From contig WELA01001035.1 in the NCBI GenBank assembly GCA_009602735.1, positions 244,198 to 292,862 of the forward strand: a DNA stretch of 48,665 bases. Direction: 5' to 3'. Both the position numbers and the translations under genes were made by a program. The stretch is from Mesotaenium endlicherianum. Taxonomy: Eukaryota. This document shows positions 32,429 to 45,180 of the stretch, piece by piece (the first letter of the stretch is position 1; each line of letters begins with the position of its first letter). The notes below the pieces were generated by a model. That model ran no database searches and was not told where the DNA came from. It saw nothing but the letters and a program-made list of their open reading frames with translations.

Positions 32429-35400
32429 ATGAGGTCGCGGTGTTGTCGAGACCAAAATGTAAGGTTAAAGAAGGCACTCACTTATATCTTTTGCATATGT
32501 TTCTTCATCTATTCAGCTGGATTAGTCTCAGGCTACTCTGAGCCTCACAGAGGTCAGGCGTCAGCTTCGCTGCTCAAACTAGAGGAAGATCCTCTTGGAG
32601 ATCTGGACACTTTTGCTGGTCTTTCGGAGGCAGATAAGAAGAAATGGTCTCAAAAGGATCACGTTGGTGTTAGTGCCAAAATCAAAGCTTTGCGAGAGCT
32701 GGAGACAAGCATTGTAGTAGAGATTAAGCTCGTTGGCTTTGATGGGGATGGCAACTTTGGCATCACATTGAGAGAGGTACTTCAACTTTGTTTTGCGATG
32801 CTTTTGTTCCAGAAGCGCAGAGAACTCCGCCTTATGCATATTGTGTGCCAAAGGGTCACATCAGCAACATAAGTTTTTTACAACTATACTGCACAAAGCT
32901 TGCACAGTGAAGCTTGTGTAACTTCTGCACGATAAAGACCACATCCCTTTGTCACTCTAAAGAGTGCTGAATAATTCTGGAGACGTTGGCAGCTGTAGAT
33001 TAAGCTTCAGAAGAAGGGGGGTGCCGACTTGCCTATGTCCAAGTCATAAGGTAGCTCTTAGTCCACATCGTAGGCGGGACCTTCAAGAGTGTAGCGCAGT
33101 GGCACCTCAGAGATGGTAGCTACTTTCCATAGGGACACTTCCCCCGGGGGGTGTGACATACTTCTCGGTGAAGAGAGCATCACGAGCTTCACTAGCAAGA
33201 GGACACCTATGTACTAAAAACGTGTTGAAATCAGAAAACTAACGACTGGTGTTTTGTGGCTGGCTTTGCCTTAAACGGAGCTCTTCTGTAGTATGAAGTG
33301 CTGAAGTATCTGGGGGCCCTCAAGATGGACAAGCACGTTCATGTCCTCCACGGCGAAGTACACTTCTCCTCTCCCACTATTGCTCTTACTCAATGCGTAT
33401 ACCAGGCCTCTGTGTCGAAGTACACTTTTCCACTCCCGCTCTCACTCTCTCCTCTCCCACTCACCACCCCTCAATGGATATACAGATCCTCCAATATGAC
33501 ATATTCTTCTCCTCTCTTACTGTCACGCCTTATTCACTACACACATAGAATACGTTCTTCACTCTCTAAGAGGCTTAGACCGGCAGCCCCTTATCTGGGA
33601 AGTACTTGCAGCACCACTATTCTCACCCTTCAGCAGTCAAACACTGTATCTCTTCCTCTTTCCTGACAGTCCTCCAGGGGAACAGCTCCTTGGCTACCGA
33701 GAAACGCCACTAAGCACATGCAGCATTTTGATAATGATCATATTATTGAAGGAGACCCACAAGTGGCACAAATAAACAACTTAAAGTGATGGCATCAGCG
33801 TTGACACTGGCACTAGCACTGGCCCTGGCACTGGCCTGTAACACATTGACCGAGTATGTGCGGAATGGTATTGGGAGGGGGGGGGGGGGGTGGGGAGGAA
33901 ATGGCAAGCAGGAGCACGAGCTGCTGGTGGACTCCAAGATCAGCTTTGACGTCACCAAGGCCTCCAGCCAGCTCACGACTAAGATCGCCAGCGCAATCGT
34001 ATGCCCTTTGCTCTCTCGCTCTTTCTCTGTCTTCATCCTGCCTCTGCTAAAGGCCTCACCTGTGCCTCTCCTTCTGTGGCTCTGCTTCTGCTCTGCCTCT
34101 CTCTGGCTTTGCCTCCATCTCTGGAACTGAGACACTTATGTGCTCTCTGTGCTTTCCTCCTTCTCCTTGTGGCTCTGTGGCACTGTCTCTCGGAGGCTGG
34201 CGGGGCCTCTGTCTCTGTCGTCTCCCCCGTCTCTTCACGGACCTGTCCGTCTCTGCCTCTGCCTTCCTGCCCCTCAGTTGCTCCTTTCCAATAGATGCTT
34301 GGCGCCTTTCAGGGGTGCAGCCTGGGGGCAGGGGTCAGAGCTTCTAGGGTGTCTCCCTTCTTGCGTCCAAGTCCTGACTGCGTTACTTTTGGTTGTAACC
34401 CTGAACCTTGCACCCTGCACCCGTGGACCCTGCACCGTGGACCCTCGACCTTGACAACTCCCCATGTTTGTTTCAAAATTCATCTTAATGTCACTCTGCC
34501 GGAAACTAACAGGACAAGCAGGGCCCCCATTGAGTGGTCCAGCTCTTCTCAGCCTCGTCCTCGACCCCCATTGGTATGCATTGACCAGTGTGCCTGCCAT
34601 GTGTTGGCATTGACTGCTGCTGACTTTATCTCCTTCTTGCTGTGGGCACCGCCTGCCCCTGCGCCAGCATACGCCCGCCTAGATAGCCAGCAGCAGCCGC
34701 TGATACAAAGCTGCTCCTGCGTCGTGTGAGGACCGCGCAGGCTGGACACCTGGCGGCCACCGGCACTGCGCGACCGCCGCCCGCTGCGGGCCAGCTGGCG
34801 GCAGTGCCCTACTCCGTGGTGGACGCTGTGCTGGAGGCGCAGGCGGGCGGCAGGCATGAGGAGGATGACCACTATACGCTGTTTGTGCTCAACTTGCCCA
34901 AGGCCACCGAGCCGTACGCTTACTCTTATGGGGATGGGAGGCACGACTGCCTGGGCACCTTCCACTCAGGAAAGGTACGTCGCTGATTGCATGTTCCTTC
35001 TTGCCTTTGCCGGCCAGCTTTTTGCTCAATCGCTGCTTGGCATCTTCAGTCAATCTGATCCTTGTTTGCTTCCTCTCAGGACTCGTACACAGGTATGTTC
35101 TCTGAATGGAAACATACACTACACATCGATCTCTGATGACGTCTCCTTGCAAATCTCGGAGCTCTTTGAAAGAGATTCCTTCCTCCAGTGAGGCACTGCA
35201 AGCCATCAGTTCTGCCACTCCTCCCCCAGCCTCTGCCGCCGTGCGCGGCTGCCTGTGCCTCTGCGTGCGTGCAGGATCGTTACATGTGGATCGACCTCAC
35301 GGCGGGGCCTGTGAGCTACGGGCCAGCTGTGCACGGGCACGGCCTCGTCACCAATGCCAGCTTTGTGCAGGTCTCCAAGGCCCAGCCTTTGGGGGTACGT

Positions 35401-38400
35401 TCTTGCCTCAGCTCGCCGCCACCTCTCCCGCCTGCCTGCCAGCCTGGCGTCGTACCAAAGCTGACCTCATCGCGTACCTACCCCCCTCGGCAGCTGGTTT
35501 AGAGCGAAGGGCAGCCCTTATTACCTCGTCATTCCCACTCGCCAGCAGGCACGTCGCCACTGCCAGCAAGGGTCTTACTTTTGTGTCTTGCCCCCACCTG
35601 CCAGCTGGCGCACTGATAACCTGTAGCTTATACTTTTAGTGAATCGACAGAAGTCATCACTCTTCTTACTCGTAGTGAATCGACAAAAGTCATTGCCCTT
35701 TCTACTCGTGCCAAGAGGCATCTCCTACTAAGGCATCGCAGTTTTGCCCAAACGCTGCTCGTTTTTTGCGGCTAAAACCCTTACAGCGACCCTCCCACCC
35801 ACGGTCATCTTACACCCTGGCCTCTTTGTGAACCCGGTACCCTGAAGCTGAGCCTTCGCCCCAAAAAAACCACCCCCCCCCCGGGCGCCCTGCTTCTAGC
35901 TCACAGCCTCTTGCCCTCGCTGTTTCTAGCACTCTCTACCATAGGCGCAGGTGGCGGTGGTGGCCTGCACCCTGACAAGAGTAGATCCCTCATGTGAGGC
36001 CTTGCACTTTCAAACCTCTTCATACTTTCTTCCAGTTCTGATGGACCCGCTTCGGCTCTGGCCGCGTGGTTGCTCTTGCGGTGCTTGCCTTCTGGGGGGC
36101 ACATGACGCGCTGGGGCCAAGCCTTGACCTATGAACCCCGTCCCCATCCACTTAGGGTTTTGTGTGTCGAGGTTTGGGTTTGGATGTAAGGTTTGCCGCT
36201 TGAGTTGAACTAAGATACTGACGTTCTAGACCCTGAGAGTCAAACCCAAGAACGAAGAAGAAGAAGAAAATAATGTCACACCCTCCTCTCTGTTTCTTTT
36301 CAGCCCACTGCCTGGAGGCCCGGTGCTCCCTTTGCCTCTGTGTGACTGAGGCGGAGAGGAAACCTGCGTGCACCCAGCCGCTGCGTATATGGGGGTCTCA
36401 TGCGCACAAGCACGCGTGTCTGCGTGCGTGCGTGCGTGCAGGTGCTGACGGCGCACTTGGTAACGATGGCGGCGCACGCCGTGGCCCACGTGGCCAGCCC
36501 CGCCATGTACCACTACCCCATCCCGTTCGCCAAGCATGCGGAGGTCCGCCTCATCGTGCTGCGCAGCGGCGGGGACGGGGAAGGGCGGGGGCAGCAGGGC
36601 ATCGACTTGGCGAGCATTGAGAAGGAGGTGCGAGGAGGGGCTGTCAGGACTGCTGCTGGGCACAAGCTCGTGTGTGTGTGTATGTGTTTGTGTGTATTCG
36701 TATGCACTTTGACGAGTTGAGGGGTGGAACCTCGTCGGACGTCTGGGTTTAGGGGTATCTAACTTGAACCTGGAGTAGGTCGCAATGGGGAGAAGCCTGG
36801 GGAGCCAGTAGGGGGCAAAGCCGGACCTGGACTGGCAGACGGGCCTTTTGGGCATTCTGCGGTTTCCTCGAACCCTTTTTCTTGCCTGCAAGGAAGTCGA
36901 GGCCAATAGCAGCGGCGGCGTGAGAAGCTGCTGCAAAGTCCTACGGATGGCAGTTTAGAAACACCAGGTACTTCACGGGATATCCGTGAATATGTGAGTG
37001 TACGGTTTTCTCTGAAACTCCAGCAGTGAGCAGGTGCTCCCCATCTGCACAAGCTCTCTTCATAGATGGAGCTCTCAGCATGCTCCTCGGGAGTTGTTGT
37101 TTGGGGGGGGCGGGGGGGGGAGAGGGCATTTGAGGGAGCTTCTGTGGTTCATTCCTTCCACAAGCATGCTGTTCCTCATGTCTCCTGCCGGCATTGGCCT
37201 CTGCTTCTCCCCCCCCTTTCGATCTCCTTTTCTCTCCTTTTGCTTCATCCTACATTGCTTCTCACGCGGTTTGCTTCCCTTCTTCTTCTTCTTTTTCATT
37301 GTCTTCCACTTCTTTTCATAGCTTTGTCCCTCCAGGTCTTTCTTTCTTCCTCCGCTGTTTTCCTCCTCGTCCCCTCGCGTCTTTGACGACTTGCCTGTTT
37401 GCCGTGGCGGTCCATCCGGGCCTACCGCGGGCGGGCGGGCGGGCCGCGGAGGTGGGGGGGAATTTGCTTGGAGAGGCGCAGCTGACGAGCAAGATCCGGG
37501 AGCAGTCGATCCTCCTGCCCCACCAGGAGCTCTCCTTCGCGACCTCGCACCTCTCCTTCTCTCGCTGCGCCTTCTGCGCGGCCGCCTACTCCCGCTCCCT
37601 CCGCGTGAGTGCTCGCACGCCCGCCTGTCTCTCCACATGCGTCGACACCACGCCTCCCGCCCAGCGTCCTGATGAGTGTCGGTGCCATGCCGGCCGGCAG
37701 GCCACGTTCCCGACCCATAGTTCGTGACCGTGTTGCACCGCCGCCTGCATGTCTGCCTGCCCGCCTTCCTGGCTTCCTTTGGGGGCGGGACAGGACCAGG
37801 AGAGCGAGGGGAAGGAGGCACTGGAGAGGAGGGGAATGGATAGAGGTGGCATTCAGAGTTCTGCTGGGGACGGGGGTGGGGCTGGAGAACTGGGCATTGC
37901 TGACTCTGCTCAGGCCTGGTGTCAAAAGTCCTTTCATGGGCACATCCCTGACTGGTAGTTTTGCAGAGCACATTCTCTTCAAGCTCCGGTTCTCTCTCGT
38001 GTCAGCTCATTACAGCGTCAGCGAAGATGCGTTACGTGAGTGTACGGCGTCAGACAGTTTGCGCGTGGGACTTTCCACTGCTGACTAAGACAAATGGTGG
38101 CAGACCATCGTCGTCCTCTCTGGGGCCCTTCTCTTCTCTCGTCTCTCTTGCGCCGACGATGCTAGCCGATCTCCTTGGGAGAAGTGGAAGTCAAGAGCCG
38201 AGGGAGCCTTTCAGCCGGCGAAGTTCCCTCTCTACATGCACGTATGTGCGTACATCTCCCTGCAAGGAGTGTGTACGTGTGTGTCTCACAGTGTCTGCGG
38301 GTTTTCTTTTTTTCCTGTTTTCTTGGGGAGAGGGGACGTAAACAACAGACGCATGCAGGGAAGACCCTCGACGAGGGGAAGGGCATGCAGGTGCAGACGT

Positions 38401-41272
38401 ACCTGGACTCGGAGCAGCTCCACCACCTTCTCAGAAGCTTCTGGCCTGAGATCAAAAGTAAGGACACCAACAAGCTCTCTGCACCCCTGCTGGGCCGCCC
38501 TCCCCAAGCTGGTCATATGGACCTGTGCTAAATGTGTCCGTCTGTCTCTCTCTCTCTCTCTCTCCGTCTTTGTTTGTCTTTGTGTGTGTGTGTGTGTGTG
38601 TGTCCAAGCACGTCTTGTTCATGCGCATGCTTGTACGTCCGTTCCCTTCTGCTCAGCTCTTAGGACTCAGCCCCCCATATGTCGGCGGCGAGGCTGAGCG
38701 CGCACGCTGGGACAGAGGGAGGTTTCGTAGACGCGACTTTTTGAAACAGTCAAGAAGTCACCTCTCCTCCTCTCTTCAATATCAGATGACAGGCCCTTCA
38801 AAATCAGATGACAGGCCCTTCAAAACACGCACTGGATCCCCATCTGAGCCACCCGCCTTCTGATGCCACTTCATTGCATACTCTCACCACTCTTCAGCCC
38901 CCCCCCCCCCCTCCTTCTCCCTACCCCCCTNCTTCGGCCCCCCGCCCCCCCGCCGGCCCTGCCCCATCGGCATGAGCAGCCTCATGCCGGAGCGTGTGCC
39001 TACGAGGCGCTTCATAATGAGGAGAAGTCGGTGGGCTGCTTCTGTCATGACCTCTGAGACACATATGCATGAGACAAGCTGCAGGGGCACGTAAGGAAGA
39101 CTCTCACTTCTGCTGGACACACCTCCAAGCCGCACGCGTCTCCCCGACTTGTCTCTCTGCAACTGCCTCCTAGAAAGAGCGGTGACACGCTCTCGCCGAT
39201 GGCGGACTCACTAACGACTTGTGCAGCTGATTGCATCCCGCTCTCCTGCTGCGATCTGGCCATCTGGCTTGGCGGTCTCACTGCCTGCCACCCCGCCCCT
39301 CTGCCACCTGGACTATTCGTGGTCTCCTGCACTCTCGCCCACTCTGCCACCTGGCGTGTTGGTCTCAGTGTCAGGGGACCCCCCCTGCAGCCACGTGGCT
39401 CATTTGGGGATAGCACTTGGAACCCTCTCCTCCGCGCAGCGGCTGCCGAGATACAGGATGCGCACAGCATGGAGCTGGAGGCTACTGACAGCTGGCGCAT
39501 GATCCCCATCTTCCTCCTCGACCTCGACTCCATCGAGACCATCCTGCTCGACAGAACCGACCAGGTTTTACTCCCGCGCTGACACCTGTCCTCCCTCAAA
39601 ACCCCCTCCCTCTTGTGAGCCTCCCCCCCCACCCCCACCACCCTGCCTACCCAGATTCCCTCCCTTAGCAGCCCTCTTCTTTTTTCTTCTCACCTCTTGC
39701 TTACTCTTAGCTTTCCCTATATCTTGCGCCCCCCCTCACCCATCCCTTACTCCTAGCGTGGGCCTCAAGCCCTCTGGCGTGTCCCAGGCGTGGTGCACTG
39801 CTGTCCACGAGGTCGCATTCGGTTCCTCTCTGGCTCCTATGATCTTGTCCCTACCTGCCTGTCGTGACCGGGCAGTTCAGTCTCTGCCCCACTGCCCTCT
39901 GGGTGTGCGCCTGCTGCGGTCACCTCGTGAGGGCATTCCCCTGAGACTTCTGCGCATTCTGCACATTCTGCTCGTCCGCCGCATTCTGCGCATTCAGAAT
40001 ATGCCGGGCAATCTGCAAACTGGGCTTCTCTTGTTCGTAGTGCTCAGCGAGTGTGTCAGTGGAGCGCGCCGCCAAAGCGAGGCGCTGCTCCGCTTGCTGC
40101 CGGGTGTGCGTGCATGCTTCATAGTGGAATCTCGTGTTAATAATGTCTCCCTCTCCCCCTATCCCCCTCGATATCTCTCTGTCTGCGATCCATCTGTGTG
40201 TGTTTGTGTGCATGGGCGTGTGTGAGAGATTCTCCCTGTGGCTATCTGTGATTCCCTCCCGCAGGCGGTGGCATATGACGACATGGTGCTGGCGGTGCGC
40301 ACCAAGGGCCCCAAATACGCCTCCGAGTTCACGTGAGCCCCTCCATCTTCTGCTTCATAACCCACGTGTCTCAGCATTATGTCTTCTTTCTTCTTCCCGC
40401 TAGGAAACTTTGCTGCATTGCTCATAGGGCCAAACTTTGAGTCTTTCTTGCTCTCCCTATGTGTGTGCGTGTGCGCGTGTGTGTGTGGGTTTGTGTGCGT
40501 GTGTACATGACCCCACTCTATGCTCGGGTTTGCTGGTTCCCTCGAGTGCACCATTATGTTCCTGCACTGTAATTAACGTCCCCACTGGAGAGAGTACCAA
40601 CGGGCCAGACCTTGCTTACACGTAAGAATGCCAGAGCGAGCAGTCATTACTCACTCCCTCCCGCATGTTCACCGAACCCTCTGCGGCTCTTGCAAATCCT
40701 CCTCCCCCTCCGTGTTGCCCTTTGCCCTCCCTTCCCCAACCTGTTCAACCCCGTCCACCCAGCATAGCTCTCATCACCCCGAGCTCAGTGGGACTACCCA
40801 CCATAGAGTGGTAAGACAGCGGATATCTCACTGCGAGTAGTCGCCGTTGTCAGTTACGTTGTTAGTTACGTTGTCAGTTTCACCGCGCGAGCAAGAGCCT
40901 CGTGCTGCGAGACCTGGGCCTTTCCCCCCCATGGCTGTGCTTGGCGACGGAGTCGAGGCACCCTGCTGCACGCAAGCCCATAGTTGGTTCTGCAAGAAAA
41001 AGTTTCCTGCTGCTGCTGCTGTTGGAGAGCTCCGCGTGAGACCCGGGCATCGCTGCTCGACAGCAGCTGCATGTGGTGGTGGAGAGCAAGGACCAAGCAG
41101 CACCCTGTTGCACGCGTGACTCGCCTGTGACCTCTGGCGCGTGAGTCAGAGGGCAGCGTGAATCGTTGCAGCAGCCTGACTGGGGCCTCTGGAGTCTTTG
41201 GTTCGCGGTGGCCGGCCATCCTCAGGACATGGCGTCAACCGGCTGACAAGGGGCATGCTGACTGAATGCTCG

Positions 41273-41304
<32 letters not shown>

Positions 41305-42245
41305 AACACACACACACACACACATTGTGCATTCCTCTGTCCATGTCTCTGACCGTGTCTTTTCGCCGCTTTTTCTTTTTGTACGGCGCGTGCGTGTGTT
41401 TTCTATCTCTGCATGTGTCCGCATGTGTGCGTGCGTGTGTGTGCATGTGTATGTGTGTCTGTGTGTCCGTGAGGGCATGCGCTGGCGTCTGCTGGGGAAA
41501 CGGCTGACGCTGCGAGGGGACGACAGGTGTAATGGCGAGGCCGTGCAACTGGACCCCACGGACGTCACGAGGCCTGCCCTGGCAGCCCTGCTGCAGACGG
41601 GCTGGGGCATCACTCCCCCGTATGCTCCCTCTCCCCCTCTCTTCCTCTCTTCCTCTGCTTTGTGCCTCCAAGTTCCAACCAGAGAACCAGCTCTCTCCTT
41701 ACCTACTGCCACACGTCACTCAAGAGGAACAGACGTCCCTACCCCAGGCTCTCCATTCCTAGTCAGCTGCCCGCCACACTTGCCAATATCTTCCGCCGAC
41801 AACTGTGCGTATTCTGAACCGGGCTAGATTTTGGGGTGGTCACGAATGTGGACGGCCTACTTAGGTCGAGGTTCAAGTTTATAATTCAGGGCCATTGTCA
41901 GATGCGAAGAACCATACCAAGGGGGAGCTTGCTGCATTTATTCCCTCCCTTCCCTTTCCCCCCCCCTCTCTTTTCCCCACTCCCAACCAGACCCAGTCTC
42001 CCATTTCCCTCAGATGAGTTCTATTTGGCTTGTGTTTTTGGGATGATAATAAGCAACGACGCTAAAAAATGTCTAGAAATTTGCAACCACGTTGCGTGAA
42101 AAGAGCAAGGAAACACGAAGGGCCGCTTTTGTTTCGCTCTGTGTGTGATAAGGTGACGTCACAAGGTTGAGCATGATCGCATTCCCGCTTATCTTTGCTG
42201 TCCGCTGAGCCGTTCACCTGGCTGCTCCTCAGCCTGCACAAGTTG

Positions 42246-42315
<70 letters not shown>

Positions 42316-43798
42316 TGGGCACAAGCGATGCCCCCCTCCTCGTCGCACCCTCTTTCATGACTTTCCACTTGGCACCAGGGCCAGCATTGCTCAAGGCCTC
42401 TGCACGCGGGGCTCTTCAAGTCCTGTCAAATCCTCCCCGGCCCCCCTCCCTTAGCTGCCGTGCCATCAACGGGCCGGGCCTCGGCGCTCCTCCTCTGCTT
42501 GTTGTTGTTGCTGGGGCCGCCGGCGCTGACCAAACACGTGCGTGCGCCGCATACGCGCGTACGCGCACCCGCGTCCTGGGTGTGCGTGCTTCTCCTGCCG
42601 GCCAGGTACATGACGTGGAGCAAGCTGCACAGCCGCATCGAGGACGACTACAGGTGGGCCGTGGGGAAGACGCCATTTGGCCCCTTCTCGACGAGCCGCG
42701 AGCTCTCCCTCCTCGTGTTCGACAGTGCGCGGCGCAACATCTTGTACACGCTCCTGAACGAGACACTTGGCGACGCGCTGCACACTCTGGAGGCCATCAA
42801 GGTGGGGGGTGGCGCGATCCTCAGCGTCGCTTCTCGTGCACGCTTTCTCACATCAAGCCCTGTCAGCTCAGCTCAGCCCAGCTCAGCTCAGCTTGGTGCA
42901 TCGGCAAACGCCGTGTGCCCCTTGCTGTTGCCTGGATGGACGTCGTGTGAGCAGCCATGCAGAAACTGTGCAGGAGTGTTGCTCTCTTGTGTCTACTCGC
43001 TTGGGTAGGTTCAGGCATGCTGCATGCATATGAAAGCGCGTGTCCTCCTCGCTTGGTGCTGTGCTGCATGCATGCCGTCATCAGCCGTGTGCATGCCTGT
43101 CGTGTATGTTGCAGGGCAGACACGACCACAAGCTCCCTCCCTCCCTCCCTGCTGAGCGCGTGTGCGTACGTGCGCTTGTACGTGTGCGGCGTGCAGTCGT
43201 ACGGAGGCGAAGACGTGGTGTTGCACTCGAGGCGGGCGCGCTCAGACTACACGCGGCGCTGGAACGTGCTGCTGCACAAGCTGCGACGGGGCAGTGCTGC
43301 GCTGCGGGGGCACGACTTCGCCGTGGGCCTCTTCTTCCTCCGCTCGGCCCGCCATGACTCCACCGCGCTCTTTGACAACGTGCGGGGTTCTGCTAGCGAG
43401 CTGCACACCACCTTCTCCTGCTTCAAGGTAAAACCTCCGATGAGGGACAAAGAGATGGGGATGGGGGACGGGGGGGGAGGGAATCAAGGTAATGGAAGAT
43501 GCTATCGCGATTGCTATGTGCAGTCATGTCGTCTGTGGAGATCCCTGGATGTTTCTGACGTGGTCACATGATTATTCTTAGCTAGGAGCTGCCTGTGCCA
43601 TGGTGATGAAATCTTGGTTGCAACATCCCAACTCAAATTCTCACGTTATGTTTCGGTGCTTTCTTGTATCTTATGCAGGAGTCTCCCACGCAGTGGTTGT
43701 GGTACTTAGCCCTCCTTGCAACTGCCTTTGGTGTCATCTTCTTGTTCCTCAAACGAGAGACTGTACTCGGAATGAAGAGCAAGTCAAAGCGGTTTTAG
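32429..43798 (+). CDS. Conserved uncharacterised type I membrane protein, Arabidopsis AT3G28720-like. 14 exons: 32429-32776, 33292-33357, 33912-33998, 34741-34974, 35275-35394, 36442-36627, 37482-37604, 38349-38457, 39440-39564, 40265-40332, 41527-41619, 42606-42801, 43197-43427, 43679-43798
   Basis: Phase-consistent GT-AG exons with an N-terminal hydrophobic signal. Motifs RYMWIDLTAGPVSYGP, YLDSEQLH, QAVAYDDMVLAVRT, CNG, WAVGKTPFGPFS and DSARRN match the family as recalled. C-terminal TM helix followed by KSKRF*. Confidence 0.88.
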
Positions 43799-44819
43799 GA
43801 AGAACCATGTAAGCCCTTGTTAGTCTCTTAAGCCTTCATCATTCAAATCTGATACTTCAAGCAAGCTTGTTGTACCTTGCTCGGCTTTCCAAATTCCTGT
43901 TTTGTCCCACCTTATGCTGAATTTTGAAGTCGGCACAAATGTTTTTACGACTCATGGTGTGACTTGTGAGCTACTTATACCATGATATCGAGCAACATGC
44001 CTTTTGATTAATCCAAGTAGCCGCTTGTCTATCAGAACTTTATCCCACGGTCCACATGCAACCAACATGACACGTACTTTGATAACATTCCCTACGTGAT
44101 TAAGGTGGGTGCATAAGGAAGAAACACATGCAACTTTTTGAGTTGACACGAGAATCCACACTAAACTTGTTTGGATGCAATTGAATTAACTTACAGCGTT
44201 GACCCAAGGTGATGCTAGTAAGGCAACTGGCGTAGTGGGTTAGGCTATATACGGAGAATAGAGAAGCGTGATCTATAGGGAGCGAGAAAGGAAATTCACT
44301 TGAGCTGAAAGTCTTAGAGGTCGATGTGTAAACCGGTGGCGTGTGCCCAACATGGCTACGGGCCTGGCTTGCATTGGGTAATTTGTGTCTCGAGTCACTT
44401 GTGATTGCAAATTTTGAGTATGTGTTGTGTTTGCATACTTGGTGATGTATTGGACGGGCGCTGGCGCTGTCACTTATGTGTACGAATGTGCCGGGCCAAT
44501 ATTGCTTGCATTTGCTGTATAAGATTTGGGGGCGCCTTAGGTTGGCGCGCAAGAGGTCTTGATTCAATAGTTCGCCCTGTTGGAGAGTAATCTCTAGAGA
44601 ATATTGCCTGAGACAAGGCCCCCACCTTTGATGCAAGCTCAAAATGAACTCTGAAGTCTCCCCTTCACGTTGATTCCCACGCCTATTGTAATGCACACTA
44701 CCTCATAACTCATGAAGACAATTAACATACATGACCCTTACTTTGGTTCACATGAAAGTCGTAAAATTCACTTGGGCAACCGTTGGATGCACGTTGAGTC
44801 GAACGACGGTAGCAAGCAG

Positions 44820-45180
44820 AGACGACAGGGGTACGCGAGGATCGTCGATGGGTACGGATGCACAGTTGAAAGACGCCGGGGTACGCGAGGAGAGATTGCA
44901 GGGGTACGAGAGTGGAGACGGGAGGGGTACGCGAGGAGAGATTGCAGGGGTATGAGAGCGGAGACGGCAGGGGTACTCGAGAGATTGCAGGGATACAAGA
45001 GTGGAGACGGTAGGGGTACGGGAGGAGAGACGATGGGCATACTCGAGCAAAGACGCCAGGGGTACGAGAGCAGAAGACGGCAGGGGTACGCGAGGAGAAA
45101 CGCCAGGGGTACGAGAGCAGAGTCGGCAGGGGTACGCGAGGAGAGACGATAGGGGTACGCGAGCAGACACGAGCAGAGAC
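44820..45180. repeat. Minisatellite, ~15 units of 21-23 bp
   Basis: Consensus near GACG(G/C)CAGGGGTACG(C)GAG(G/C)AGA with alternating long and short variants; an isolated copy at ~45430. Confidence 0.9.

Noticed and set aside
35443..35490. Possible extra exon (WRRTKADLIAYL) in the membrane-protein gene
   Set aside because: Exon 35275-35394 joins 36442 in phase and matches the recalled family sequence without it.
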